A DNA stretch of 64,000 bases, from positions 304-64,303 of the forward strand of contig NZ_JANOBI010000023.1 in NCBI RefSeq assembly GCF_031411595.1, in the 5' to 3' direction. Numbering within the stretch: the first letter of the stretch is position 1; each line of letters begins with the position of its first letter. Of this stretch, positions 9,624-19,082 are shown in pieces. This DNA is from Flavobacterium sp. Lineage in GTDB: Bacteria > Bacteroidota > Bacteroidia > Flavobacteriales > Flavobacteriaceae. A program made the translations under genes and the position numbers. The notes under the pieces are model-generated. The model was not told the DNA's origin and ran no database searches. It saw only the letters and a program-made list of their open reading frames with translations.

Positions 9624-10062
9624 CATCAAAGATAGAACCATCGAAATCGAAAGAACTTTCCATGCGCCAATTGAATTGGTTTGGGAAGTATGGACGAATC
9701 CCGAACACCTCAAAAACTGGTGGGGACCCAATGATTTCACCAACACCATATCAAAAATGGAAGTGCAACCCGGTGGCGAATGGAATCTCGTCATGCATGG
9801 GCCCGACGGAACCGATTACAAAAACAAAAGTGTTTTCAAAGAAGTGATTCATCATAAAAAATTGGTCTATGATCATATTTCAGGACCGAAATTTACAGCA
9901 ACCGTTGTGTTTGAAAGTCGTGGCAACTCAACCCATATTCATTGGCAAATGCTTTTCCTAAGTAAAAAGCAATTGATTGAAGTGGTCAAAAAATTTAACG
10001 CAGCCGAAGGATTGAAACAGAATATTGAAAAACTAGATGCTTACTTAAACCAATTAAAATAA
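9613..10062 (+). CDS. SRPBCC (AHSA1/START-like) domain protein
   Basis: 149 aa. ERTFHAPIELVWEVWTNPEHLKNWWGP is typical of the Aha1/SRPBCC family that commonly follows ArsR genes. Confidence 0.8.
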   Translation: MVNNIKDRTIEIERTFHAPIELVWEVWTNPEHLKNWWGPNDFTNTISKMEVQPGGEWNLVMHGPDGTDYKNKSVFKEVIHHKKLVYDHISGPKFTATVVFESRGNSTHIHWQMLFLSKKQLIEVVKKFNAAEGLKQNIEKLDAYLNQLK

Positions 10063-10080
10063 TCACTCAAATAAAATCAT

Positions 10081-10518
10081 ATGAATTCAAATGTAATACA
10101 ACTCGAAAGGTTATTCGATGCTCCAGTCGCAACGATTTGGAAAGCATTGACCGACAAAACTGAAATGAAAAAATGGTATTTCGACCTTGAAGAATTTAAA
10201 GCCGAAGTGGGTTTCAAATTCTCCTTTACCGGAGGTCCAAGTCCGGAAAAGCAATACGTACATCTTTGTGAAGTTACTGAGGTTATTCCACAACAAAAGC
10301 TCACTTATAGTTGGGCTTATGAGGGTTACGCGGGAATTTCGCATGTCACTTTTGAATTGTCGTCGCAAGAAAATAAAACACTTTTAAAATTGAAGCATAC
10401 CGGAATCGATACTTTCCCACAATCGCAACCTGATTTTGCAATATTCAATTTCAATGCAGGATGGAATGGTATTCTAAACAAAAGTCTCGAAGCGTACGTA
10501 GAATCTATTAATCAATAA
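10081..10518 (+). CDS. SRPBCC (AHSA1/START-like) domain protein, second copy
   Basis: 145 aa. LERLFDAPVATIWKALTDKTEMKKWYF. Confidence 0.8.
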   Translation: MNSNVIQLERLFDAPVATIWKALTDKTEMKKWYFDLEEFKAEVGFKFSFTGGPSPEKQYVHLCEVTEVIPQQKLTYSWAYEGYAGISHVTFELSSQENKTLLKLKHTGIDTFPQSQPDFAIFNFNAGWNGILNKSLEAYVESINQ

Positions 10519-10522
10519 TAAA

Positions 10523-10882
10523 ATGACAACAGAAAACAACAAAGCTGTCATCCGAAAACTCAACAAAGGATTTGAAGCCGATAGTGATGACATGATTTTG
10601 TCTTGCTTAGCCGATGATGTTCGTTGGGATGTTGAAGGACATTTCACAGCGATTGGGAAGTCAGAATTTAGGGATAATATACGCGGCGAAATGGCAGATG
10701 GCCCGCCAACAATTACCATTAAAAATGAAGTCGCGGAAGGGAATTATGTAGCTGTTGAAGGTCATGTATCTTGCGGAATGAAAAATGGAATGGTGTTTAA
10801 AGGCGTATTCCACAATGCGTATTATCTCGAAAACGGGCTCGTCAAAAGGATGAATTCGTACGTCGTGCCTTTATCAATGTAA
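10523..10882 (+). CDS. NTF2/SnoaL-like (ketosteroid isomerase fold) protein
   Basis: 119 aa. NKAVIRKLNKGFEADSDDMILSCLADDVRWDV pattern. Confidence 0.65.
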   Translation: MTTENNKAVIRKLNKGFEADSDDMILSCLADDVRWDVEGHFTAIGKSEFRDNIRGEMADGPPTITIKNEVAEGNYVAVEGHVSCGMKNGMVFKGVFHNAYYLENGLVKRMNSYVVPLSM

Positions 10883-10969
10883 GTCCAAACCGCATTTGGA
10901 AGAGAGCCTAGATTGCTTGACAATTCTGATGAGTAAGAACTGCAGTCTGTGAAACAGGAAGTTGTGTAT

Positions 10970-11233
10970 TTATTTATTACCTGAATGCTTTATTAATCCT
11001 TTGGATTCGGATTCTAAAATCCAGATAATTCGCTTTTCAATCATAGATAATTGCGATAATGCAATGTTGGCGACTTCATGAGCGTGAGCATAAGTGGCAA
11101 TTTTTGGAAGAAACTCTTCAAGTTCTTTTTTTGCCCAATAGATTTCAAGTAATTGTTCGTCGAGCGAATATTCGCTGCCAATAGGTGATCCGAGCACATT
11201 CTTGTCTCGGGCTTGAGGTAGGTTGGTGTTCAT
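10970..11233 (-). CDS. Hypothetical small protein (87 aa)
   Basis: Isolated ORF in an otherwise empty interval. No recognisable motif. Confidence 0.4.
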   Translation of the reverse strand: MNTNLPQARDKNVLGSPIGSEYSLDEQLLEIYWAKKELEEFLPKIATYAHAHEVANIALSQLSMIEKRIIWILESESKGLIKHSGNK

Positions 11234-11340
11234 GCAAAATAGATTAAGGGTGCAATAAAGGTAAGAATATTACATTGTTTTTTATTGTTAAACTTTGCTT
11301 TTTTGTTATAAAGTTACCACCAGTAAAATATTTAATAAAA

Positions 11341-11367
11341 AAAGAGCCTCAACATTTGAGGCTCTTT
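11341..11367 (-). terminator. Rho-independent terminator downstream of 11389..12147
   Basis: AAAGAGCCTC-AACATT-TGAGGCTCTTT hairpin with a flanking A/T-run. Confidence 0.7.
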
Positions 11368-11388
11368 ATACATCTATTTTTTTTAAAC

Positions 11389-12147
11389 TTATTTTCCTTT
11401 GTTCGCTTCTGCAATATACCTTTCCAAAGCCATGGTCATCGAAGGTGTTTCCGGAGTTGGTGCCAAAATATCGATACGCAATCCGTGCTCCAAAGCTTCT
11501 TTCTGTGTTGTGCTTCCAAAAACTGCAATACGCGTATTGTTCTGTTGGAAATCAGGGAAATTCATAAACAATGATTTGATTCCGGTTGGACTGAAGAACG
11601 CCAATATATCGTAATATACATCAGCCAAATCAGACAAGTCACTCATCACGGTTTTGTAGAAAGTTGCTTGCGTCCAATTGACTTTAAGGTTGTTCAAAGT
11701 TTGCGGTGCATCTGCATTCAATTGATCAGAAGCAGGCAACAAGAATTTTTCGTCTTTGTATTTTTTAATCAATGGTGATAAATCTGCAAAATCTTTTTGA
11801 CCTACATAAATCTTACGTTTTCTATACACGACATATTTTTGCAAGTAAAAAGCAATGGCTTCTGACTGACAAAAATATTTCAAGCCTTCAGGAACTTTAT
11901 AACGCATTTCCTCAGCCACTCTAAAAAAGTGATCGACAGAATTTTTACTGGTTAAGATTATCGCTGAGTAGTTGTTGAGGTCAATTTTTTGAAGACGAAC
12001 GTCTTTCGCATTAACACCCTCAACGTGTATAAAAGGTCTGAAATCAACTTTTACTTTATGCTTTTGTTGCAGCTCAAAGTAAGGAGAATTCTCTACTTTA
12101 GGCTCAGGCTGTGACACCAAAATTGTTTTCACTTTCATATTTGACAT
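11389..12147 (-). CDS. hemD: Uroporphyrinogen-III synthase-like protein
   Basis: 252 aa. N-terminus KTILVSQPEP...F.L......V.F.PFI matches the Bacteroidota HemD-like family. Paired with a DUF4271 gene, as is usual. Confidence 0.65.
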   Translation of the reverse strand: MSNMKVKTILVSQPEPKVENSPYFELQQKHKVKVDFRPFIHVEGVNAKDVRLQKIDLNNYSAIILTSKNSVDHFFRVAEEMRYKVPEGLKYFCQSEAIAFYLQKYVVYRKRKIYVGQKDFADLSPLIKKYKDEKFLLPASDQLNADAPQTLNNLKVNWTQATFYKTVMSDLSDLADVYYDILAFFSPTGIKSLFMNFPDFQQNNTRIAVFGSTTQKEALEHGLRIDILAPTPETPSMTMALERYIAEANKGK

Positions 12148-12159
12148 TTTCTAAATATG

Positions 12160-12828
12160 CTAACTTTTTGTAAACCAATAACAGATGAAATAATATGGGG
12201 CTATTTCAAGTGCGCAAAGATATAAAATAAAATAAAACAACTTGCCAATTAATAAATTTTGATAATTCTTTAAGGAAATGACGTAAGTTAACAAATTTGT
12301 TAGCAATACGGCAACTATTAAAACGTATAACAATAAATCTGGTAAACTCGAATTGTAAAACAGAATCGTGTCTACCGGCAGAAGCAGCAATCCGACATAC
12401 GTTCTGTAGCTAACTTTCTGTAAATTGAATTGGTCTGAGAATTCTTCAATGTTGAAAGAAGTCGCAATAATCTTTTCAATAAGGAATTTTGAAAGTACAA
12501 ATACACTCAAAAAAGTAGTAATCTGAATGAAAAGAATACCGTCGGTTTTAGAAGTATGAAAAAAATGATTTAAACAAAGTTGAATAAAAAACGCCAACGA
12601 AACCAATTGCACGACAAACAGAAAAATCGTAAAACCGCTCATGAGATACATCGAATCACGGTACATTTTGATGTATTTATCCGAAACAATCAACTTCATA
12701 AAATCCTGAAACCGACTTTCAAAAACCGATTTTACAATAGCAATAATGACAAACATTAAAACGAATACAATCGTCGCCCAATCGCGTGCTCCGATAATCC
12801 GTGGTTGCAAAATGGTTTCCATCATCAT
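12160..12828 (-). CDS. DUF4271-like polytopic membrane protein
   Basis: 222 aa with about 6 hydrophobic segments. Conserved position upstream of the hemD-like gene. Confidence 0.6.
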   Translation of the reverse strand: MMMETILQPRIIGARDWATIVFVLMFVIIAIVKSVFESRFQDFMKLIVSDKYIKMYRDSMYLMSGFTIFLFVVQLVSLAFFIQLCLNHFFHTSKTDGILFIQITTFLSVFVLSKFLIEKIIATSFNIEEFSDQFNLQKVSYRTYVGLLLLPVDTILFYNSSLPDLLLYVLIVAVLLTNLLTYVISLKNYQNLLIGKLFYFILYLCALEIAPYYFICYWFTKS

Positions 12829-13007
12829 GCCGCAAAATTAGTAAAATTAACGGTATTTTGGCTTTTGTTTTTTCTTTTTGAGGTGAATTCAATTCCCATT
12901 TTATTTTCAAAAGAAATTTTATTAACATTTGGTACTTTTATTATCGTTTTCTTAAGAGGCAACTGCCATAAAAAGTTTATTTTTGCTCCATAAATTGTCC
13001 GTTTGCC

Positions 13008-13733
13008 ATGAATGATGGAATTGTAATCATCCCTACTTATAACGAAATTGAAAACATCGAAACGATTGTGAGAGCCGTATTTTCGTTGCATAAAACGTTT
13101 GATGTTTTAGTCGTAGATGACAATTCTCCAGATCATACAGCAGACAAAGTAATTGCGTTACAAGAAGAATTTAAAGACCGATTGCACCTCGAAAAGCGCC
13201 ATAAAAAATCAGGATTGGGAACCGCTTATGTGCACGGATTTCATTGGGCTTTGGCAAGGCATTATCAATATTTTTTTGAAATGGATGCCGATTTTTCTCA
13301 CAATCCGAATGATTTGGAAAAGCTATACAACGCATGTCATTTAGGCGAAGCCGATGTTGCCATTGGTTCGCGCTACGTTACTGGTGTGAATGTCGTCAAT
13401 TGGCCATTAAGTCGGGTTCTGATGTCGTACTTTGCATCGGTTTATGTGAAGACGATTACGGGCATGAAAATTCACGATGCGACTGCCGGATTCATCTGTT
13501 ATAAACGCACCGTTTTAGAGCAAATCAATATTGATAGAATAAAATTTATCGGTTATGCTTTTCAGATCGAAATGAAATACAGAGCTTACGCCAAAGGATT
13601 TCATCTTGCGGAAGTGCCGATTATTTTTACAGACCGCACCAAAGGGCAATCGAAAATGAGTAATGCCATTATTAAAGAAGCCGTTTTTGGCGTGATTTCT
13701 TTGCGAATCAGAAAGTTTTTCAATCAATTATAA
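13008..13733 (+). CDS. Polyprenol-phosphate mannosyltransferase (GT2)
   Basis: 241 aa. IIPTYNE...VVDDNSPD...DAD motifs of Dpm1-like GT2 enzymes. Confidence 0.85.
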   Translation: MNDGIVIIPTYNEIENIETIVRAVFSLHKTFDVLVVDDNSPDHTADKVIALQEEFKDRLHLEKRHKKSGLGTAYVHGFHWALARHYQYFFEMDADFSHNPNDLEKLYNACHLGEADVAIGSRYVTGVNVVNWPLSRVLMSYFASVYVKTITGMKIHDATAGFICYKRTVLEQINIDRIKFIGYAFQIEMKYRAYAKGFHLAEVPIIFTDRTKGQSKMSNAIIKEAVFGVISLRIRKFFNQL

Positions 13734-15073
13734 TGAAAAGAATTTTAATTAAAAATGCCAAAATAGTCAATGAAGGACAAGTCTTTGAAGGCGATGTTTT
13801 AATTGAAGACGAATACATTGTTGACATCGCTGAAAGCATCAGCGCCAAGTCGACCAATACTACTATCATTGATGCCGAAGGAAATTTCCTGATTCCCGGA
13901 ATGATCGACGATCAAGTGCATTTCAGAGAACCAGGCCTCACGAACAAAGGCGATATCGCTTCCGAATCGAGAGCTGCTATTGCCGGCGGAATCACTTCTT
14001 TTATTGAACAACCCAACACGATCCCCAACGCGGTAACACAAAAAATTCTCGAAGAAAAATATCAAATCGCTGCACAAAATTCGTATGCCAACTATTCCTT
14101 TATGATGGGCGCAACGAATGACAATTTAGAAGAAGTTTTGAAAACCAATCCTAAAAATGTAGCCGGAATTAAAATCTTTTTGGGTTCGTCAACGGGCAAT
14201 ATGCTCGTTGATAATGAAGCGGTTTTAGAAAAAATATTTGCATCAACACCAATGCTCATTGCGGTTCATTGCGAAGATGAGCAAACCATCAAAAATAATC
14301 TTGAAGAATATATTGCTGAGTATGGCGACGATGTTCCGGTAACGGCGCATCATTTAATCAGGAGCGAAGAAGCGTGTTATTTATCATCTTCCAAAGCGAT
14401 TGCTTTAGCTAAAAAAACGGGTGCTCGATTGCATGTTTTTCATTTGTCGACCGCTAAAGAAATGGCTTTATTCACCAATAAAATTCCATTACAAGACAAG
14501 AAAATCACGGCTGAAGTTTGCATTCATCATTTGTGGTTTACCAATGAAGATTATGCCGCCAAAGGCAATTTCATCAAATGGAATCCAGCTGTAAAAACTG
14601 CCAATGATCGCGCAGCACTTTGGGAAGCTTTGCTCGACGACCGTATAGATGTCATAGCGACCGATCACGCGCCACATACATTAGAAGAAAAAAAACAATC
14701 CTACTTGAAAGCTCCATCGGGCGGACCATTAGTGCAACATGCTTTGGTTGCGATGTTTGAAGCCTACCATCAAGGGAAAATTGCTATCGAAAAAATCGTA
14801 GAAAAAACGGCACATAATCCCGCAATTGTTTTCAAAATAGAAAAAAGAGGATTCATCAAAAAAGGCTATTATGCCGATTTGGTCATTATAAATGCAGGTT
14901 TGCCTTGGAGCGTTAAAAAAGAAAACATCTTATACAAATGTGGTTGGTCGCCATTTGAAGGATTTACGTTTACTTCAAGAATTACCCATACTTTTGTGAA
15001 CGGACAATTGGTGTATCACAATTTCAAAGTCAAAGAAATCCGTTGTGGAAAACGCTTGTTGTTTGACCGATAA
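13733..15073 (+). CDS. pyrC: Dihydroorotase
   Basis: 446 aa. PGMIDDQVHFREPG metal-binding motif. TAATG stop/start overlap with the upstream gene. Confidence 0.85.
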   Translation: MKRILIKNAKIVNEGQVFEGDVLIEDEYIVDIAESISAKSTNTTIIDAEGNFLIPGMIDDQVHFREPGLTNKGDIASESRAAIAGGITSFIEQPNTIPNAVTQKILEEKYQIAAQNSYANYSFMMGATNDNLEEVLKTNPKNVAGIKIFLGSSTGNMLVDNEAVLEKIFASTPMLIAVHCEDEQTIKNNLEEYIAEYGDDVPVTAHHLIRSEEACYLSSSKAIALAKKTGARLHVFHLSTAKEMALFTNKIPLQDKKITAEVCIHHLWFTNEDYAAKGNFIKWNPAVKTANDRAALWEALLDDRIDVIATDHAPHTLEEKKQSYLKAPSGGPLVQHALVAMFEAYHQGKIAIEKIVEKTAHNPAIVFKIEKRGFIKKGYYADLVIINAGLPWSVKKENILYKCGWSPFEGFTFTSRITHTFVNGQLVYHNFKVKEIRCGKRLLFDR

Positions 15074-15176
15074 AATAGAGCTATGAAATCGCCACTAACA
15101 AAAGTTTGTGCCAACAAACACCGATAAATAAAAAGGCGATACCATATATGACCGCTAATAAATAAATTCTACATAT

Positions 15177-15572
15177 ATGAAAAAATATTTATGCATAATC
15201 TGCCTTGTGCTTTTTTTGTCAAGTTGTAATCATACAACCATCGAAAAACCGAACAACCTCATTGATGAAGAGGTGATGACGGATATTCTTTATGACTTGT
15301 CGATTATGGATGCGATTAAATCTCAAAGCCCTTATGACGCCAAAAATCAATCGATAAATCCTAAAGAATACATCTTTAAAAAATATAAAATTGACAGTTT
15401 GCAATTCACGGAAAGCAATCGCTATTATGTTTCGCAAATCGAACAATACAAGAAAATGTACGACAAAGTAGCCGAGCGCATCGAAAAAGAAAAAGCAACT
15501 GCTGAAGCGTCAGAAACAAAAAAAATCCCAGCATCGAGCATCCCAACTGCTGAAGCAGGACAAGTGCGATAA
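15177..15572 (+). CDS. DUF4296-like lipoprotein
   Basis: 131 aa. Lipobox LFLSSC. Usual position after pyrC in Flavobacteriia. Confidence 0.6.
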   Translation: MKKYLCIICLVLFLSSCNHTTIEKPNNLIDEEVMTDILYDLSIMDAIKSQSPYDAKNQSINPKEYIFKKYKIDSLQFTESNRYYVSQIEQYKKMYDKVAERIEKEKATAEASETKKIPASSIPTAEAGQVR

Positions 15573-15573
15573 G

Positions 15574-16578
15574 TTACTTTTGTTTGGGATAATATTTTGC
15601 GATTTCAATAATACTGGACTCAATATTCTGAAACTGAAAACCCAACTCCGACTTTATTTTTTCACTCGAATACCAATCGGTTTGATGTAAAGAACGCGCC
15701 ATCGATTGACTCAAAATTCTTTTCTTATTAAATAGCATCGACAGCAATCCATCAATTCGCCAATAGATTTCTGTCATCCAAGGTCTTGCGTAAAGATTTG
15801 GTATTTTTACTTTCAAAGCCAGTGCGATGGTTTTTACTATTTTTTCGTAGGAAGCATTCTCAGCCACAACAATAAATCGCGCACCGCTCGTTTGATTTTC
15901 CATGCATTGAATCATGCTTTTTACTACATCGGTTACACACACAAATCCAGTTGAACCTTTGGTAAAAAACGACAATCCTTGTGCCACTTGCGTGAATAAC
16001 AATCCGCTGCCGGTCTTCCAAAAACCGGAACCAAGTATGACTCCGGGATTGACGATGGTTACCGATAAACCTTCTTGTTGTCCGCGCCAAACTTCCATTT
16101 CTGCACCGTATTTTGAAATGGCGTAATCGCTATGGGTTGCTTCGGGATTCCATTCGGTTGCTTCGGTGATGGTATCTTCGAATTCTTTCAAATCGCCTAA
16201 AGCTGCAATCGAACTTACATAACACAGCTTTTTAACTTTATAATTTAAACAGAAATTAACTATGTTGGCGGTGCCTTCAATATTGGTTTTCCGCAATAGT
16301 TTTTCATCGTTTGGATTGAATGAAATCAATGACGCACAATGATAAACATAATCGATGTTTTGAAACACATGCTCTAGCGAAGGCACATCGATAATGTCGG
16401 CTTGAATCCATTCGATATGATCCAATAAATCAACTTTGTTATAACTGTGAAATAATGATTTTGTTTTCTCAAGAGTGGCTGCATTGCGATACAACGCACG
16501 GACTTTTTGATTGTCTTTCAACAACTGCAATAGTAAATGCGATCCGACCAAACCTGTGGCTCCTGTGACTAGTATCAT
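15574..16578 (-). CDS. NAD-dependent epimerase/dehydratase family protein
   Basis: 334 aa. N-terminal Rossmann motif VTGATGLVGSHL. Confidence 0.85.
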   Translation of the reverse strand: MILVTGATGLVGSHLLLQLLKDNQKVRALYRNAATLEKTKSLFHSYNKVDLLDHIEWIQADIIDVPSLEHVFQNIDYVYHCASLISFNPNDEKLLRKTNIEGTANIVNFCLNYKVKKLCYVSSIAALGDLKEFEDTITEATEWNPEATHSDYAISKYGAEMEVWRGQQEGLSVTIVNPGVILGSGFWKTGSGLLFTQVAQGLSFFTKGSTGFVCVTDVVKSMIQCMENQTSGARFIVVAENASYEKIVKTIALALKVKIPNLYARPWMTEIYWRIDGLLSMLFNKKRILSQSMARSLHQTDWYSSEKIKSELGFQFQNIESSIIEIAKYYPKQK

Positions 16579-16592
16579 GTTGTAAAAATAGT

Positions 16593-16625
16593 GTTTAATC
16601 GTTTAATCGTGGAATCGTTTAATCG
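16593..16625. repeat. Tandem octamer array (GTTTAATC)x4, one unit GTGGAATC
   Basis: Read directly in the divergent intergenic region between 16578 and 16684. Confidence 0.85.
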
Positions 16626-16683
16626 AAAAAAAGGACTCTACGAATCCACATTAAATTTTATCTTTGCCAAAAATTGATTTGAA

Positions 16684-17979
16684 ATGAAAAATTTAATAGC
16701 AGAATTACAATGGCGCGGAATGGTTCACGATGTAATGCCAGGAACCGAAGAACAATTGCTCAAAGAAATGACGACTACTTATGTAGGTTTTGATCCGACA
16801 AGTGATTCGTTGCACATTGGAAATTTAGTTCCGATTATTCTGTTGGTTCATGTTGCCAAATGTGGGCACAAACCTATTGCTTTGGTTGGTGGCGCTACGG
16901 GTATGATTGGCGATCCGTCTGGAAAATCTGACGAAAGAAATTTGCTCGATGAAGTGACTTTAAATCATAATGTAGAAGGCATCAAACGGGTTTTATCTCG
17001 CTTTCTTGATTTCAAATCAACCGAAAAAAACGCAGCCATTCTGGTCAATAATTATGATTGGATGAAGACTTTTACGTTTATCGATTTCGCGCGAGAAGTA
17101 GGAAAACGCATCACGGTCAATTATATGATGGCGAAAGATTCTGTGAAGAAGCGATTGTCGGGTGAAGGCGAAGGCATGTCGTTTACGGAATTCACTTACC
17201 AATTGATTCAAGGGTATGATTTTTACCATTTACACAAGCATTACAACTGTTTGCTTCAAATGGGCGGCAGCGATCAATGGGGCAATATTACGACAGGAAC
17301 AGAATTGGTAAGGCGAATGAATCCCGAAGGTGCGAAAGCTTTTGCGATGACGTGTCCATTAATAACAAAAGCCGATGGTTCGAAATTTGGAAAATCGGAA
17401 GGCGGTAATATTTGGCTTGATGCCGATAAGACTTCTGTGTATAAATTCTATCAGTTTTGGCTGAATACGACCGATGTTGATGCAGAAAAATACATTAAGA
17501 TTTTTACTTTTTTGGATGAAGCTACGATTAATGCATTAATTGAAGAACATCATGAAGCGCCGCATTTACGAGTATTACAACGCAAATTGGCGGAAGAAGT
17601 AACAACGCTAGTGCATTCAAAAGAAGATTTGGATAAAGCGATTCAGGCTTCGAATATTTTGTTCGGTAATGCGACTTCAGAAGATTTAAAGCAACTTGAT
17701 GCAACGACTTTTTTAGAAGTTTTTGACGGCGTTCCGCAAGCAGAAATTTCAAAATCGGATATCACAAATGGTATTGATATCGTAACGGTATTAAACGAAA
17801 AAACAGGATTTTTAAAATCGAATGGTGAAGCCAGACGGGCATTGACAGAAAACTCCATTGCTGTGAATAAGGAAAAAGTGGCGGAAGGTTTTGTGTTATC
17901 AACCAATGATTTGATCAACAATCAGTTTGTATTATTACAACGCGGCAAGAAAAATTATTTTGTACTTCGAATCGTCTAA
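16684..17979 (+). CDS. tyrS: Tyrosine--tRNA ligase
   Basis: 431 aa. HIGN (HIGH-type) and KFGKS (KMSKS-type) class I motifs. C-terminal S4-like domain. Confidence 0.95.
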   Translation: MKNLIAELQWRGMVHDVMPGTEEQLLKEMTTTYVGFDPTSDSLHIGNLVPIILLVHVAKCGHKPIALVGGATGMIGDPSGKSDERNLLDEVTLNHNVEGIKRVLSRFLDFKSTEKNAAILVNNYDWMKTFTFIDFAREVGKRITVNYMMAKDSVKKRLSGEGEGMSFTEFTYQLIQGYDFYHLHKHYNCLLQMGGSDQWGNITTGTELVRRMNPEGAKAFAMTCPLITKADGSKFGKSEGGNIWLDADKTSVYKFYQFWLNTTDVDAEKYIKIFTFLDEATINALIEEHHEAPHLRVLQRKLAEEVTTLVHSKEDLDKAIQASNILFGNATSEDLKQLDATTFLEVFDGVPQAEISKSDITNGIDIVTVLNEKTGFLKSNGEARRALTENSIAVNKEKVAEGFVLSTNDLINNQFVLLQRGKKNYFVLRIV

Positions 17980-18023
17980 AAATCCAAAGTTAAGCGTGTC
18001 TATATCCGCAGGCGTGTGTCTCT

Positions 18024-19004
18024 TTACAAAACCATCAAATTACAACCCCGAATATCACTATTATCAAAACGTCCCAATACTTCGAAAGTGGTGTTGGGAT
18101 TTTTTTTGCCTAAATCTTGCGTTGCGATAAACGAACACGAATTGATGTTTGCCAAATCGATGACGTTGATGCCGCCGGTTTTGCCATTATCAACATAAGT
18201 TAGTGCATCTTCGGTGTCGCGAATTAAAATGTGCATCCAAGCCGGACATTCGAAAACGCCGCCACCCAAAGAATACGCTTGTGATAGCAATTCGGTCATG
18301 CCGTATTCGGAATGAATCGCATCGACACCCAATCCGTCACACAATTGCTCGTGCAAATCTTCGCGGATGAGTTCTTTGCGTTTGCCTTTCATACCGCCGG
18401 TTTCCATGATAATGGTGTTGTTTAATTGAAATTTTTGCGTTTCAATCAAATCCAATAAAGCGTAAGTGACGCCAATCAGAATTACATTTTGACCTGATTG
18501 GTCTAGTGTGATGAGTTTGGATATTAGTTCGTCGTAATTGTGAAGGTAAAAACCGCTGTCGGGATTCTGACTTAAATCGATTAAATCCTGCACCATATAA
18601 ATCAATGACGAACCTTCTCGTTCGAGATACGACGGAAGCAAAGCCAGTATTGTATAATCTTCGATGTTGCCATAGAATTGAGAAAACCCTTTGCGGTAAC
18701 TTTCTTCGTATAAAGTGATATCAGTAATTAGATGTTTGCTCGTAATCATTCCGGTGGTGCCGCTACTTGTGAATGTTTGCTGAATCGCATTTTCTCCGGT
18801 AACGACTTCATGGCTTTTAAAAAACTGAATCGGTAGAAATGGAATTTGCGTAATGGACTTTACAACTTGTTTGTCAATTTGTAAATACTGACAAAATGTT
18901 CTGTACACGAGGTTATTGTCGTATTGAAAACGAAACACTTTGAGTGCTATTTTTTCAAATTGCTTATGACTCGAAATTGAAAATATGTCGGAATGAGGAA
19001 TCAA
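18024..19004 (-). CDS. LuxE/PaaK-like acyl-protein synthetase (adenylate-forming)
   Basis: 326 aa with adenylation motif TSSGTTG. Confidence 0.65.
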   Translation of the reverse strand: MIPHSDIFSISSHKQFEKIALKVFRFQYDNNLVYRTFCQYLQIDKQVVKSITQIPFLPIQFFKSHEVVTGENAIQQTFTSSGTTGMITSKHLITDITLYEESYRKGFSQFYGNIEDYTILALLPSYLEREGSSLIYMVQDLIDLSQNPDSGFYLHNYDELISKLITLDQSGQNVILIGVTYALLDLIETQKFQLNNTIIMETGGMKGKRKELIREDLHEQLCDGLGVDAIHSEYGMTELLSQAYSLGGGVFECPAWMHILIRDTEDALTYVDNGKTGGINVIDLANINSCSFIATQDLGKKNPNTTFEVLGRFDNSDIRGCNLMVL

Positions 19005-19030
19005 GAATTTTTTTGGTAAAAGTAGGAAAT

Positions 19031-19064
19031 AAAAAAAACTCCAACGTTGCGGTTGGAGTTTTTA
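19031..19064 (-). terminator. Rho-independent terminator downstream of 19083..20786
   Basis: AACTCCAAC-GTTGCG-GTTGGAGTT hairpin. A-run on plus equals a T-run on minus. Confidence 0.75.
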
Positions 19065-19082
19065 ATATGAGGTGTAATTAAA

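Noticed and set aside
11275-11614. Plus-strand ORFs 11275..11574, 11295..11567 and 11399..11614.
   Set aside because: They are antisense to the hemD-like gene and its terminator. Low-complexity and junk-like.
12825-13091. 88-aa minus-strand ORF and 62-aa plus-strand ORF (12805..12993) in the gap between the DUF4271-like and GT2 genes.
   Set aside because: They overlap the starts of both real genes, and the gap is the divergent promoter region. No supporting features.
17927-18198. ORFs 17927..18130 and 18016..18198 between tyrS and the LuxE-like gene.
   Set aside because: They overlap the 3' ends of two convergent, well-supported genes, leaving no independent space.
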